From assembly GCA_035500835.1 (NCBI GenBank), contig DATJWW010000034.1, forward strand, positions 56,984 through 120,983: 64,000 nt of DNA, given 5' to 3'. This document shows, in pieces, positions 17,760-26,443 of this stretch (position 1 is its first letter; every line of letters starts with the position of its first letter). The stretch comes from Solirubrobacterales bacterium (lineage in GTDB: Bacteria > Actinomycetota > Thermoleophilia > Solirubrobacterales > 70-9). The notes beneath the pieces were generated by a model. The model was not told the DNA's origin. It worked only from the letters and a program-made list of their open reading frames with translations, and ran no database searches. The position numbers were made by a program, and so were the translations under genes.

Positions 17760-18692
17760 CTAGCCGAAGCGGCCGGTCACGTAATCCCGCGTACGAGGAT
17801 CGCGCGGTGAGCCGAAGATCTTCTCGGTCTCGTCGAACTCGATCAGGGTGCCGATCGGCTTCTCCCCGCGCGTCTCGAGGCTGAAGAAGGCGGTGCGGTC
17901 GGCGACGCGCGCCGCCTGCTGCATGTTGTGGGTGACGATGACAATCGTAAAACGGCCTTTGAGGCTGTGGATCAGATCCTCGATCGCGCCGGTGGCGATC
18001 GGGTCTAGCGCCGAGGCGGGCTCGTCGAGCAGCAGCACGTCGGGTTCGATCGCGATCGCGCGGGCGATACAGAGGCGCTGCTGCTGACCGCCGGAGAGGC
18101 CGAGCGCCGAGTCCTTGAGACGGTCTTTGACCTCGTCCCAGAGGGCGGCGCCACGCAGCGCTTTCTCGACCCGCTCGTGCAGCCCCTGCCGCATACCGAG
18201 GTTGCGCGGCGCCCAGGCGATGTTGTCGAAGATCGACTTCGGGAAGGGGTTCGGTTTCTGGAACACCATCCCGATCCGGCGCCGCACCTCGACCGTGTCG
18301 ACGTTGGAGCCGTAGATGTCGTGGCCGTGGTAGAGGATCTCGCCCTCGATGCGGAAGCCTGGGACGGGATCGTTCATCCGGTTGAGGCTGCGCAGGAAGG
18401 TCGTCTTACCGCAGCCCGAGGGACCGATCAGCGCCGTGACCTGGCCGCGGCGAATGCGCATCGTGACGTCGATCAGCGCCTGTTTGGCGCCGTAGAAGAT
18501 GCCGACGTTCTCGGCGTCGAAGACCGTCTCGGGAGCGATGTGGACATGGCTCTCGGCGGCGCTCGCGGTCGCCGCGGGCTCGCCGATCACCCCGGGCAGC
18601 GGCGTGGCGCGGATGCGGACCCGGCTGGGGGCGGCCGCCCTGCCGTTCGTCGACTGGGGCTGGGTGTCGAAAGTCTGGTCGTCGATGCTCAT
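17760..18692 (-). CDS. pstB: Phosphate ABC transporter ATP-binding protein
   Basis: Start at MSIDDQ (ATG 18690-18692, ATGA overlap with the pstA stop). Walker [10 protein letters not shown], signature LSGGQQQRL, Walker B LLLDEP. About 50 aa of N-terminal extension. Confidence 0.93.
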   Translation of the reverse strand: MSIDDQTFDTQPQSTNGRAAAPSRVRIRATPLPGVIGEPAATASAAESHVHIAPETVFDAENVGIFYGAKQALIDVTMRIRRGQVTALIGPSGCGKTTFLRSLNRMNDPVPGFRIEGEILYHGHDIYGSNVDTVEVRRRIGMVFQKPNPFPKSIFDNIAWAPRNLGMRQGLHERVEKALRGAALWDEVKDRLKDSALGLSGGQQQRLCIARAIAIEPDVLLLDEPASALDPIATGAIEDLIHSLKGRFTIVIVTHNMQQAARVADRTAFFSLETRGEKPIGTLIEFDETEKIFGSPRDPRTRDYVTGRFG

Positions 18693-19585
18693 CAGGACAT
18701 CTTCCTTTTGCTGCGATTGAGGAGGGCGCGGGAGCCGAGGCCGAGGGCGAGGATGATCACGATCAGGATCAACGACAGCCCCCAGGCTTTGGTGAAGCCT
18801 TCCGGATTCGCTTCTTCCGACAGCTGGAAGATACGCACCGGCACGTTCGGCAGGGGTTCGAGCGGGTTGAACTGAAAGGTTTCGTCTTTGAAGAGCGAGC
18901 TGAGGAGGAGGAGCGGCGCCGTCTCGCCCGCGGCCCGCGCGACCGAGAGCAGCGTCGAGGTGACGATCCCCGCCCGCGCGGCGGGCAGGATGATCGTCAG
19001 CACGCTGCGCCAGCGGGCGACGCCGAGCGCGTCGGCGGCTTCGCGCTGAGGCCGCGGCACCAGGTTCAGCACCTCCTGGGTGCCGCGGGCGATCAGCGGC
19101 ACCATGATGATCGACAGCGCGAACGCCCCGGCCAGCCCCGACTCCTTCTTCGTCGCTTCGACGATCAGGATGTAGGCGAAGACGGCGATGATGATCGAGG
19201 GCATCCCGTTCATCACGTCGAGCAGGAGCTGGACCGGGCGGGTGCTGCGGCGGCCCGCGTACTCGGTCAGGAAGAGCGCGATCAACACGCCGACCGGCAT
19301 CGCGATCAGGGTGGCGATGCCGACGATGATCGCCGTGCCGACCAGGTCGGGGCCGACTCCTTCCGGCGCCCCCTTGGTGATGAAGTCCCAGTTGATCGCG
19401 CTGGCGCCGTGGCTGACGACGGCCGTGACGACGATCACCAGCACCGCGACGGCGCCGACCGCGGCGGCGACCGCCAGGCACTGGAAGGCGCGGCTGACGA
19501 AGTGGCGCCGGCGCAGGTTGCCGGTCGCGACCAGCGGCTGGGTCGGATCGAACTCCTGGGAAGGGTCGCGGCGTCCGAGCCTCAT
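18692..19585 (-). CDS. pstA: Phosphate ABC transporter permease PstA
   Basis: 297-aa polytopic permease positioned between pstC and pstB, with 4-nt overlaps at both ends. Confidence 0.9.
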   Translation of the reverse strand: MRLGRRDPSQEFDPTQPLVATGNLRRRHFVSRAFQCLAVAAAVGAVAVLVIVVTAVVSHGASAINWDFITKGAPEGVGPDLVGTAIIVGIATLIAMPVGVLIALFLTEYAGRRSTRPVQLLLDVMNGMPSIIIAVFAYILIVEATKKESGLAGAFALSIIMVPLIARGTQEVLNLVPRPQREAADALGVARWRSVLTIILPAARAGIVTSTLLSVARAAGETAPLLLLSSLFKDETFQFNPLEPLPNVPVRIFQLSEEANPEGFTKAWGLSLILIVIILALGLGSRALLNRSKRKMS

Positions 19586-20631
19586 CGGGCGGGCGCCCCT
19601 CCGAAGCGGTGACCGACGTAACTGGCGGCGAGGTTGGCGGCGACGCCGATCACCAGCAGCAGCGCCGCGAGGTAATAGAGGGAGGCGTAGTGGAGGGCGG
19701 AGATCGCGCTCGGGAACTGGAGGGCGATCAGCGACGCCATCGTGCCGCCGTTCCGGAACAGCGAGATATGCGATTCGGTGCCGCCGCCGACCACCTGCGA
19801 GACGGCGATCGCCTCCCCGAGCGCACGGCCGAGGCCGAGCAGGCAGGCGGCGAGCATCCCCGAGAGGGTGGTCGGCAGGACCACCCCACGGATCACCTCC
19901 CAGCGGGTCGAGCCGAGCGCCGCGGCGCCGTCCTGCAGATCGCTCGGCACCGCCATGAAGAGGTCACGCGAGACCGAGGCGATGATCGGGATCACCATGA
20001 TCGTCAGGATCAGGCCGGCGTTGAAGATGCTGGCCCCGGTCGTCTGCGGGGTGCCGAACAGCGGGATGAAGCCGAGCCATTCGTGGAGGAAGGGCTCGAC
20101 CGTGCCGGCCAGGAAGGGCCCGAGGATGAGGAGGCCCCAGAAGCCGAGGATCACGCTGGGGACGGCGGCCAGCATTTCGACCAGCGGCGAGACCACGTTG
20201 CGGACTCCGTCGGGGGCCAGCAGCGCCAGGAAGATCGCGATCGAGATCGCCACCGGGGCGCCGATCGCGAGTGCCATCGCCGAGGTGATCAGGGTGCCGA
20301 GGATCAGCCCCTTGCCGCCGAACACTTCCAGCGGCGGCGCCCATTCTTCATGGGTTATGAAGCTCAGGCCGTACTTCGCGAACGCCGGCTGGGCGCCTTC
20401 GATCACTTCCTTGGCGATCAGGATGAGGACGATGGCGGCGAGCACCGCGGCCGCGGTGCAGATCAGTCGCAGCGACAGATCGCCGACCCGGTCGGCACGT
20501 TTGCGGCTGTCGCTTTGACGGTTCGATCGCGCCAGTTTCAGCGACGCCGAGCCGGCGGGCGGGGTGGCGCTCATCCGCGCCAATGTAGAGGAGGACGGAG
20601 CCTCCCGAACCACACTGGTTCCGATTTTCAC
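19582..20631 (-). CDS. pstC: Phosphate ABC transporter permease PstC
   Basis: 349-aa polytopic permease. GTG 20631 is the longest start; ATG 20574 (MSATPPAG) is also possible. Confidence 0.88.
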   Translation of the reverse strand: MKIGTSVVREAPSSSTLARMSATPPAGSASLKLARSNRQSDSRKRADRVGDLSLRLICTAAAVLAAIVLILIAKEVIEGAQPAFAKYGLSFITHEEWAPPLEVFGGKGLILGTLITSAMALAIGAPVAISIAIFLALLAPDGVRNVVSPLVEMLAAVPSVILGFWGLLILGPFLAGTVEPFLHEWLGFIPLFGTPQTTGASIFNAGLILTIMVIPIIASVSRDLFMAVPSDLQDGAAALGSTRWEVIRGVVLPTTLSGMLAACLLGLGRALGEAIAVSQVVGGGTESHISLFRNGGTMASLIALQFPSAISALHYASLYYLAALLLVIGVAANLAASYVGHRFGGAPAR

Positions 20632-20686
20632 AAGATTGAAACAACTTGCCTCGCCCGTGCTCAGCGCGCGCTGCCAGACGAGTCAC

Positions 20687-20738
20687 TGTCACATTTTTGT
20701 TACATCTCTGTAACAACAGTTGTTACTGATTTGTAACC
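20687..20738. promoter_or_regulatory. Five phased TGTNAC repeats in the divergent pstC/pstS promoter; candidate Pho boxes
   Basis: TGTCAC at 20687, TGTTAC at 20698, TGTAAC at 20709, TGTTAC at 20721 and TGTAAC at 20732, with spacings of 11, 11, 12 and 11 nt. They lie in an AT-rich patch. Confidence 0.45.
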
Positions 20739-20826
20739 AAACTTATTCACGAGAATGAAACATCAGCGGGTCCCCGGGGGGTGAGGCTACGCGCCGATAA
20801 TCCCACCCGTTTGAAAGGAAACGCTT

Positions 20827-21849
20827 TTGATTCGCAATAGGTTGCTTGCAATCCTCATCGCGGTCGGAGGAACGGTTGGAGGCACGGCAGCCGTCTCGAC
20901 CGCGAGTGCCTCGGCCGCGGGCCTCTCCGGCGCCGGTTCGACGCTGGTCGCGCCGCTGATGACCAACTGGATCAACGGCTTCGAAATCAAGGAAGGAATC
21001 CCGGTCAAATACTCGGCCGTCGGCTCCGGCGAAGGCATCAAAGCGATCTCGAAAGGCACCGTCGACTTCGGCGCCTCCGACGCCCCGATGACGCCTGAAC
21101 AAGAAGCTGGCTGCAACGGCTGCGTCACGATCCCGTGGGCGCTGTCCGCGACCGCGATCGGTTTCAACATCCCGGGCGTCAAGAGCCTCGACCTGAGCGG
21201 CAAGATCCTCGCCGGTATCTACTTCGGCAAGATCACCAGCTGGAACGACCCGAAGATCGCCAAGCTGAACCCGAAGGCGAAGCTCCCGAACATGCAGATC
21301 ACCCCGATCTACCGCTCGGACGGCTCCGGCGATACCTACGCGTTCACCAACTACCTGTCGAAAATCAGCCCCGCCTGGCGGTCTGAAGTCGGCTACGCCA
21401 CCACCGTCGGCTGGAAGGCCGGCATCGGTGCCAAAGGCAACGCCGGCGTCACCTCGACGATCGTCAAGACCCAGGGCGCCATCGGCTACATCTCGGCGTC
21501 CTACCTGATCGCCGCCGGCTCGCTCGGCTACGGCAAAATCGAAAACAACGCCAAGAATTTCGAGCCGCCGAACATCAAGAACATCGAAAGCGCCGCGTCG
21601 ACCGTGAAGTCGCTCCCGGCGAGCAACACGGTCAGCATCACGAACCCGCCGAAGAAGGCCACGATCGCCTACCCGATCTCGACCTTCACCTACGCGATCG
21701 TGCCGCACAGCGCGCCGCAGAAGGCGTACCTGCAGCAGTTCCTGAACTACGCCATCACCAAGGGCCAGGTCTACGGCGCCGCGCTTGACTTTGCGCCGCT
21801 GCCCAAGGTCGTGGTGACCGCCGCGAAGAAGGCCATCTCGACCCTCTGA
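20827..21849 (+). CDS. pstS: Phosphate ABC transporter substrate-binding protein
   Basis: 340 aa with a signal-peptide-like N-terminus, GAGSTLVAPL and SDGSGDTYAFT motifs. TTG start preceded by AAAGGAAA. Confidence 0.9.
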   Translation: MIRNRLLAILIAVGGTVGGTAAVSTASASAAGLSGAGSTLVAPLMTNWINGFEIKEGIPVKYSAVGSGEGIKAISKGTVDFGASDAPMTPEQEAGCNGCVTIPWALSATAIGFNIPGVKSLDLSGKILAGIYFGKITSWNDPKIAKLNPKAKLPNMQITPIYRSDGSGDTYAFTNYLSKISPAWRSEVGYATTVGWKAGIGAKGNAGVTSTIVKTQGAIGYISASYLIAAGSLGYGKIENNAKNFEPPNIKNIESAASTVKSLPASNTVSITNPPKKATIAYPISTFTYAIVPHSAPQKAYLQQFLNYAITKGQVYGAALDFAPLPKVVVTAAKKAISTL

Positions 21850-21888
21850 GCGGTTCGTCCGGCGCCGCGAGGCGCAGCAGTTCCTCCA

Positions 21889-21925
21889 CCGGCGCGGGGC
21901 CTTCGGGCCTCGCGCCGGCTTTTTT
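21889..21925 (+). terminator. Rho-independent terminator of pstS
   Basis: CCGGCGCGGGGCC-TTCG-GGCCTCGCGCCGG followed by CTTTTTTG. Confidence 0.7.
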
Positions 21926-21955
21926 GTGGCGCGGGCGGGTCAGTGGGTCCGTGGC

Positions 21956-22795
21956 TCAGGCGAAGGCCTGGGAGGCGCGGCGGCGGAGCTCGGCGTTGAG
22001 CATCTCGGTGACCTCGCTCGGTCGGTCCCCGGCCGAAGGGATCGCCGCGCCGATCAGCCCGGTGGCGCGGAAGCCGAAGACCGGGGCGACGAAGCCGAGG
22101 TCGCGGATCCGGCGCAGCAACGCGACGGCGTCACGGGTCGCCGCGTTCGGGCCGCAGAGGACGATCGCGGTCGGGTCGAGCGCGCCGAGCGCCCGCTCGA
22201 GGCGCTCGTCGCCGAGCTCATGGGAGAAGACGAGGACGCGGAACCCGGCGCGGCGGAGGGCGAGGTCGAGAGCCTGGGTGTGGACCTGCTCGGCGTCGAG
22301 GCCCTTGCTCGAGTCGATCAGCAGGACGCCGGCCGGGCGCGAGGCGGTCGCTGCGAGGCGCCGGGCACCGTGCAGCCAGCCGTTCGCCCAGCGGGCGGCG
22401 AAGTCGAGCTCGGCCCCGGAGCCGGGATCGGCGGCCAGGCGATCGATCACCGGCAGCAGCACCTCCTCGACCGTCCGCTCCAACGGACGCAGCGCGAGGC
22501 TTTCCTCGATCGCGCGGTCGGCGGCGATCTCGTCGAAGGCGACGAAGGCGGCGAACAGCGCGTCGTCGCAACTCGGCGACTGGCGGCGCTGACGGGCGAG
22601 CGCCACCGCCGAGGAGATGTTCCCGGTCTGGCCCAGCGCGTCGCGCAGGCTCTGCAGCTCGGTCAGGTCGTAGTTACGGTGGTTGCCGATCGTGCGCTCC
22701 GGTGTCGGGAAGCCGTAGCGGCGCTCCCAACTGCGCAAGGTGTTCGGGCTGACGCCCAGGATTTCGGCTGCTGCGTTCGTGCGGATGCCCGGCAT
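21956..22795 (-). CDS. MerR-family regulator with a C-terminal cobalamin-binding-like (CarH/LitR-type) domain
   Basis: Start chosen at MPGIRTNAAAEILGVSPNTLRSWERRYGFP (the MerR HTH). The C-terminus is Rossmann-like (VLLIDSSKGLDAEQVHTQALDLALRRAGFRVLVF), but the usual E-x-H-x-x-G motif is not intact. Confidence 0.7.
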   Translation of the reverse strand: MPGIRTNAAAEILGVSPNTLRSWERRYGFPTPERTIGNHRNYDLTELQSLRDALGQTGNISSAVALARQRRQSPSCDDALFAAFVAFDEIAADRAIEESLALRPLERTVEEVLLPVIDRLAADPGSGAELDFAARWANGWLHGARRLAATASRPAGVLLIDSSKGLDAEQVHTQALDLALRRAGFRVLVFSHELGDERLERALGALDPTAIVLCGPNAATRDAVALLRRIRDLGFVAPVFGFRATGLIGAAIPSAGDRPSEVTEMLNAELRRRASQAFA

Positions 22796-22860
22796 GTGTG
22801 GCGGAATCTTGCCAAGGGACTCACCGATTTGGTCGATTCTCGGTGAAACTTTCGAATTTG

Positions 22861-23532
22861 TCAGGAATCTTGCAGACCCCCGACGCCGACCGGTTGACCC
22901 ACGGCGCGCGCTCGCCACATCGCCGCGTCGGCCTTGCGGATCAGCTGCTCGGCGTCGGCGCCGTGGTCGGGGCAGGCGACGACGCCCGCGGTGACCGCGA
23001 TCCGCAGGCCCCCGACCCGGTCCAGCTCGTCGAGCTGGCCGATCAGACGCTCCGCCATCCGCACCCCTTCGACCGTCCGCAGGTTCGGGGTGAGGACGCA
23101 GATCGCCTGCTCCTCGAGCCGGAAGGCCTCGTCGACGATGCGGATGCTCTCGCGCAGCGCCGCGCCGACGATCGCCAGCGCGGTCTCACCGTCGAACTCC
23201 TCCTTGGTGGCGGGGCCGGAGACGTCGAAGACGGTGAGGCCGAAGGGATGGCCGTAGCGACGGTGGAATTCGACCAGCTGGTCGAGGCGACGACGCAGAT
23301 GGTCGGGCTCGCGGACCGCTTCGACCGCGGTCGCGGTCACCTCGCCGAAATCCTCCGCCAGCCGTTCGGCGACGGGTAAGAGGCGGGAGGCCGGGGCATC
23401 GCCGAGCTCGGCGCCGAGCGACGCGAGCAGGGCCCGATGCTGGGCGGCGACCTCGAGCGCGATCAACCCCGCCCGGTCGAGGCGACCGCGGGCTTCCTCG
23501 CTCTCTTCTCGATCCTTCGGCTTCCCCTCCAC
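22861..23532 (-). CDS. GGDEF-domain protein with a degenerate active site
   Basis: 223 aa. The C-terminal half aligns to GGDEF domains, with EEQAI in place of GG(D/E)EF and RIVD five residues upstream (the I-site position). Confidence 0.6.
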   Translation of the reverse strand: MEGKPKDREESEEARGRLDRAGLIALEVAAQHRALLASLGAELGDAPASRLLPVAERLAEDFGEVTATAVEAVREPDHLRRRLDQLVEFHRRYGHPFGLTVFDVSGPATKEEFDGETALAIVGAALRESIRIVDEAFRLEEQAICVLTPNLRTVEGVRMAERLIGQLDELDRVGGLRIAVTAGVVACPDHGADAEQLIRKADAAMWRARAVGQPVGVGGLQDS

Positions 23533-23541
23533 GCGGGAAGG

Positions 23542-24144
23542 CTAGTCGAGGCTGCGCCGTCCCGCGAGCGCCTTGCCGAGCGTCACCTCGTCGGCGTGCT
23601 CGAGATCGGCGCCGACCGGCAGGCCGCTGGCGAGGCGGGTCACCGCGACCTGGCCGCGCAGGCGTTCGGCGATATGGAGCGCGGTGGCCTCGCCGGTGGT
23701 GGTCGGGTTGGTGGCGAGGACCACCTCCGAGACGCCGCCGCGCTCCACCCGGCGGAGCAGCTCGGCGATCTTCAGGTCCTCGGGATCGATGCCGTCGATC
23801 GGCGAAAGGGCGCCGCCGAGCACGTGGTAGAGGCCGCGGTATTCGTGGGTGCGCTCGATCGGGATCACATCGCCGGGCTCCTCGACCACGCAGATCGTCG
23901 CCCGGTCACGGGTGGTGTCGGTGCAGATCCGGCAGAGCGGCCCCTCGGCAAGGTTGAAGCACTCCTCGCAGAGGCCGACCTTTTCCTTCACCTCGCGGAT
24001 CGCCTCACCGAGCGCGAAGGCCTCCTCGTCGGGGGCGCGCAACAGATGGAAGGCGAGCCGCTGGGCGGTCCGCTGACCGATCCCGGGCAGGCGGGAGAGC
24101 TCGGCGACCAGTCGCGCCAGCGGTGCCGGGCCCTCGGTGCTCAA
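23542..24144 (-). CDS. recR: Recombination protein RecR
   Basis: 200 aa with the zinc finger CEECFNLAEGPLCRIC and a Toprim region. Sits in the conserved dnaX-ybaB-recR order. Confidence 0.93.
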   Translation of the reverse strand: MSTEGPAPLARLVAELSRLPGIGQRTAQRLAFHLLRAPDEEAFALGEAIREVKEKVGLCEECFNLAEGPLCRICTDTTRDRATICVVEEPGDVIPIERTHEYRGLYHVLGGALSPIDGIDPEDLKIAELLRRVERGGVSEVVLATNPTTTGEATALHIAERLRGQVAVTRLASGLPVGADLEHADEVTLGKALAGRRSLD

Positions 24145-24156
24145 GCGCTCAACCGT

Positions 24157-24504
24157 TCAGCCGCCGAGCATCCCGCCGAGGCCGCCGCCCATCCCGCCGG
24201 TGACGTCACCCATCTTCGAGCCCGCCAGATCCTGGGCGGCGCGCAGACCCTCGTTGACCGCCGCCTGCACCATCTCCTGGAGCAGCTCGACGTCCTCGGG
24301 GTCGACCGCCTCGGGGTCGATGACGATCTCGCGCAGGGTCAGATCGCCGCCCATGGTCACCTTCACCATGCCGCCGCCGGCGCTCGCCTCGACCGTTTCG
24401 TCCTTCAGTTTCTCCTGCGCCTCGAGCATCTGCTGCTGCATCTGCTGGGCCTGTTTCATCAGGGCGTTCACGTCGAAGCCCCCGGGTCCACCGCCTCGTG
24501 CCAC
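24157..24504 (-). CDS. ybaB: YbaB/EbfC family nucleoid-associated protein
   Basis: 115 aa (MKQAQQMQQQMLEAQEKL...), located between dnaX and recR. Confidence 0.9.
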   Translation of the reverse strand: MARGGGPGGFDVNALMKQAQQMQQQMLEAQEKLKDETVEASAGGGMVKVTMGGDLTLREIVIDPEAVDPEDVELLQEMVQAAVNEGLRAAQDLAGSKMGDVTGGMGGGLGGMLGG

Positions 24505-26325
24505 CTAACTGACCTCCTCCGCGTCGAACTCGCTCTTCAGCCGCTCCAGCAGCTCATCCTCGTCGATCTCCTCGCTGCCCGGCGCCGGGGTGTCGGGCGG
24601 CGCGGGCGGCGCCTCGTCCGCCTCGAGCATCACGTAGCGCGGGGCGACCGCTTCCCCGGTGACGGCTTCGAACGCCTCGATCAGCGCCTGGCGGCGATCC
24701 GGCGACTCGGCCTTGCGTTTGTTGAACGGCTGGTCGGGGGCGAAGCCGATCGCCAGGCCCTCGTCATCGAAGACGACGGGATGGGCGCCGTCGAAGGTCG
24801 CGGCCAGGGCGGGGGCCTTCTCGGCCAGCTGGGTGAGGATGGCGGGCCAGATCTTCTGGACTTGGGCCAGGTCTTGGGCAGAGGCGCCTTGGTGATCGGG
24901 AAGGGACGAAGGTGCTCCGGCCGCGGGTCCTGCCGCCGCAGGGGACCCACCATCGCCTCCGGTAGCTAAAGCTTCCTCGGCGACGGTTCCCCCTACGGCG
25001 TCACCCGCGGACGAGGCGTCTTCGGTCGGTGGCTCGGGTTCAGGCGTTTCCGGCTGGGCCGCCTGGGGTTGGGCTGGAGTTGGCTCCGGCGTCTCCGGCT
25101 GCGGTTCGGGCGTGACTTCCGGTGCCGGCGGTTGGGCTGCAGTGGGTTCAGGCGTGGGTGGCGGCCCGCCGGCCAACTGCTGCTCCAGCTTCTCGATTCT
25201 TCGGAGGAGACCGTCCGTCGTGGGGTCGAGATCGGGGCGGGCGGCTTTCAGGAGGGCGATCTCGACGGCCATGCGGGCGTCGTCGCCCTCGCGGACCGCG
25301 GTCAGGGCGGCGGCGAGGTCGTCGATCGTGCGGACCAGGGTGGCGGCGCCGACGGCCTGTGCCTGCGCTTCGATCCGGGCGGTGTCGGTGGCGGTGACGA
25401 CGAAGCCGGTCGGCACCTCGCCGGTCGTCTGGGTGACCAGCAGGTGGCGCAGGTGGGCGAGCAGGTCGCGCGCGAACTGCGACGGGTCGCGGCCGGAACG
25501 CGCCATCTTCTCGACCCCGAGCAGGACCGCCTTCGGGTCGGCGGCGGCGACCGCGTCGACCGCCTCGAAGAGCAGGTCGGCGTCGGCGGCGCCGAGCATC
25601 TCCAGCACCTCGTCGAGCCCGACCCGGTCGCCGCCGAAGGCGACCAGTTGGTCGAGCGTGCCGAGCGCGTCGCGGAAGCTGCCCTGGGCGGAGCGGGCGA
25701 TCATCGCCACGGCGCCGTCCTCGACCTCGATCGACTCCTGCGCCGCGACCCGGTTCAGCACCTCGGAGATCTGCTCCAGCGAGGGCCGCTGGAAGTCGAA
25801 GCGCTGGCAGCGGTCGGCGATCGTCGCCATCACCTTGTGCGACTCGGTCGTCGCCAGGACGAAGACGGTGCGCGGCGGCGGCTCCTCGAGCGTCTTCAGG
25901 AAGGCGTTCCAGGCCTCTTTGGTCAGCATGTGCGCCTCGTCGAGGATGTAGACCTTCCAGTGGCCGCCGGCGGGCGCGTAGGCGACCCGCTCGCGCAGGT
26001 CGCGGACGTCGTCGACCGAGCGGTTCGAGGCGGCATCCATCTCGATCACGTCGATCGAGGTCCCGGCCGCGATCGTCACGCAGGACTGGCATTCGCCGCA
26101 CGGCGTCACGGTCGGCCCGCCGCGTTCGCAGTTCAGCGAGCGGGCGAGGATCTTCGCCATCGAGGTCTTGCCGGTCCCGCGCGAGCCGACGAACAGGTAG
26201 GCGTGGTGGACCTTGCCCTGCTCGACCGCGTTGCGCAGCGTGCGGACGACATGGGTCTGCCCGACGACCTCGTCGAAGGAGCCGGGACGGTGGCGGCGAT
26301 AGAGGGACGTGGACTCGGTGCTCAT
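24505..26325 (-). CDS. dnaX: DNA polymerase III subunit gamma/tau
   Basis: Start chosen at MSTESTSLYRRHRPGSFDEVVGQ (ATG 26323-26325). Walker A GSRGTGKTS, zinc module CGECQSC, and a Pro-rich linker. Confidence 0.9.
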   Translation of the reverse strand: MSTESTSLYRRHRPGSFDEVVGQTHVVRTLRNAVEQGKVHHAYLFVGSRGTGKTSMAKILARSLNCERGGPTVTPCGECQSCVTIAAGTSIDVIEMDAASNRSVDDVRDLRERVAYAPAGGHWKVYILDEAHMLTKEAWNAFLKTLEEPPPRTVFVLATTESHKVMATIADRCQRFDFQRPSLEQISEVLNRVAAQESIEVEDGAVAMIARSAQGSFRDALGTLDQLVAFGGDRVGLDEVLEMLGAADADLLFEAVDAVAAADPKAVLLGVEKMARSGRDPSQFARDLLAHLRHLLVTQTTGEVPTGFVVTATDTARIEAQAQAVGAATLVRTIDDLAAALTAVREGDDARMAVEIALLKAARPDLDPTTDGLLRRIEKLEQQLAGGPPPTPEPTAAQPPAPEVTPEPQPETPEPTPAQPQAAQPETPEPEPPTEDASSAGDAVGGTVAEEALATGGDGGSPAAAGPAAGAPSSLPDHQGASAQDLAQVQKIWPAILTQLAEKAPALAATFDGAHPVVFDDEGLAIGFAPDQPFNKRKAESPDRRQALIEAFEAVTGEAVAPRYVMLEADEAPPAPPDTPAPGSEEIDEDELLERLKSEFDAEEVS

Positions 26326-26443
26326 AGAAGGGCCTCCAGCCAGTGTATCCGGGCCCGATTCGCCCTCCCTCACCGCATGCTTCCGAGCTTTCAGGGTCAT
26401 ATGACCCGCCAAGCTCGGACGCACAGCGGCGGCGCTCGGTAGG

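Noticed and set aside
24505-26325. Programmed -1 frameshift site in dnaX for a gamma subunit.
   Set aside because: I found no A-AAA-AAG-type slippery heptamer (CTTTTTT on the plus strand) within the gene, so there is no sequence support.
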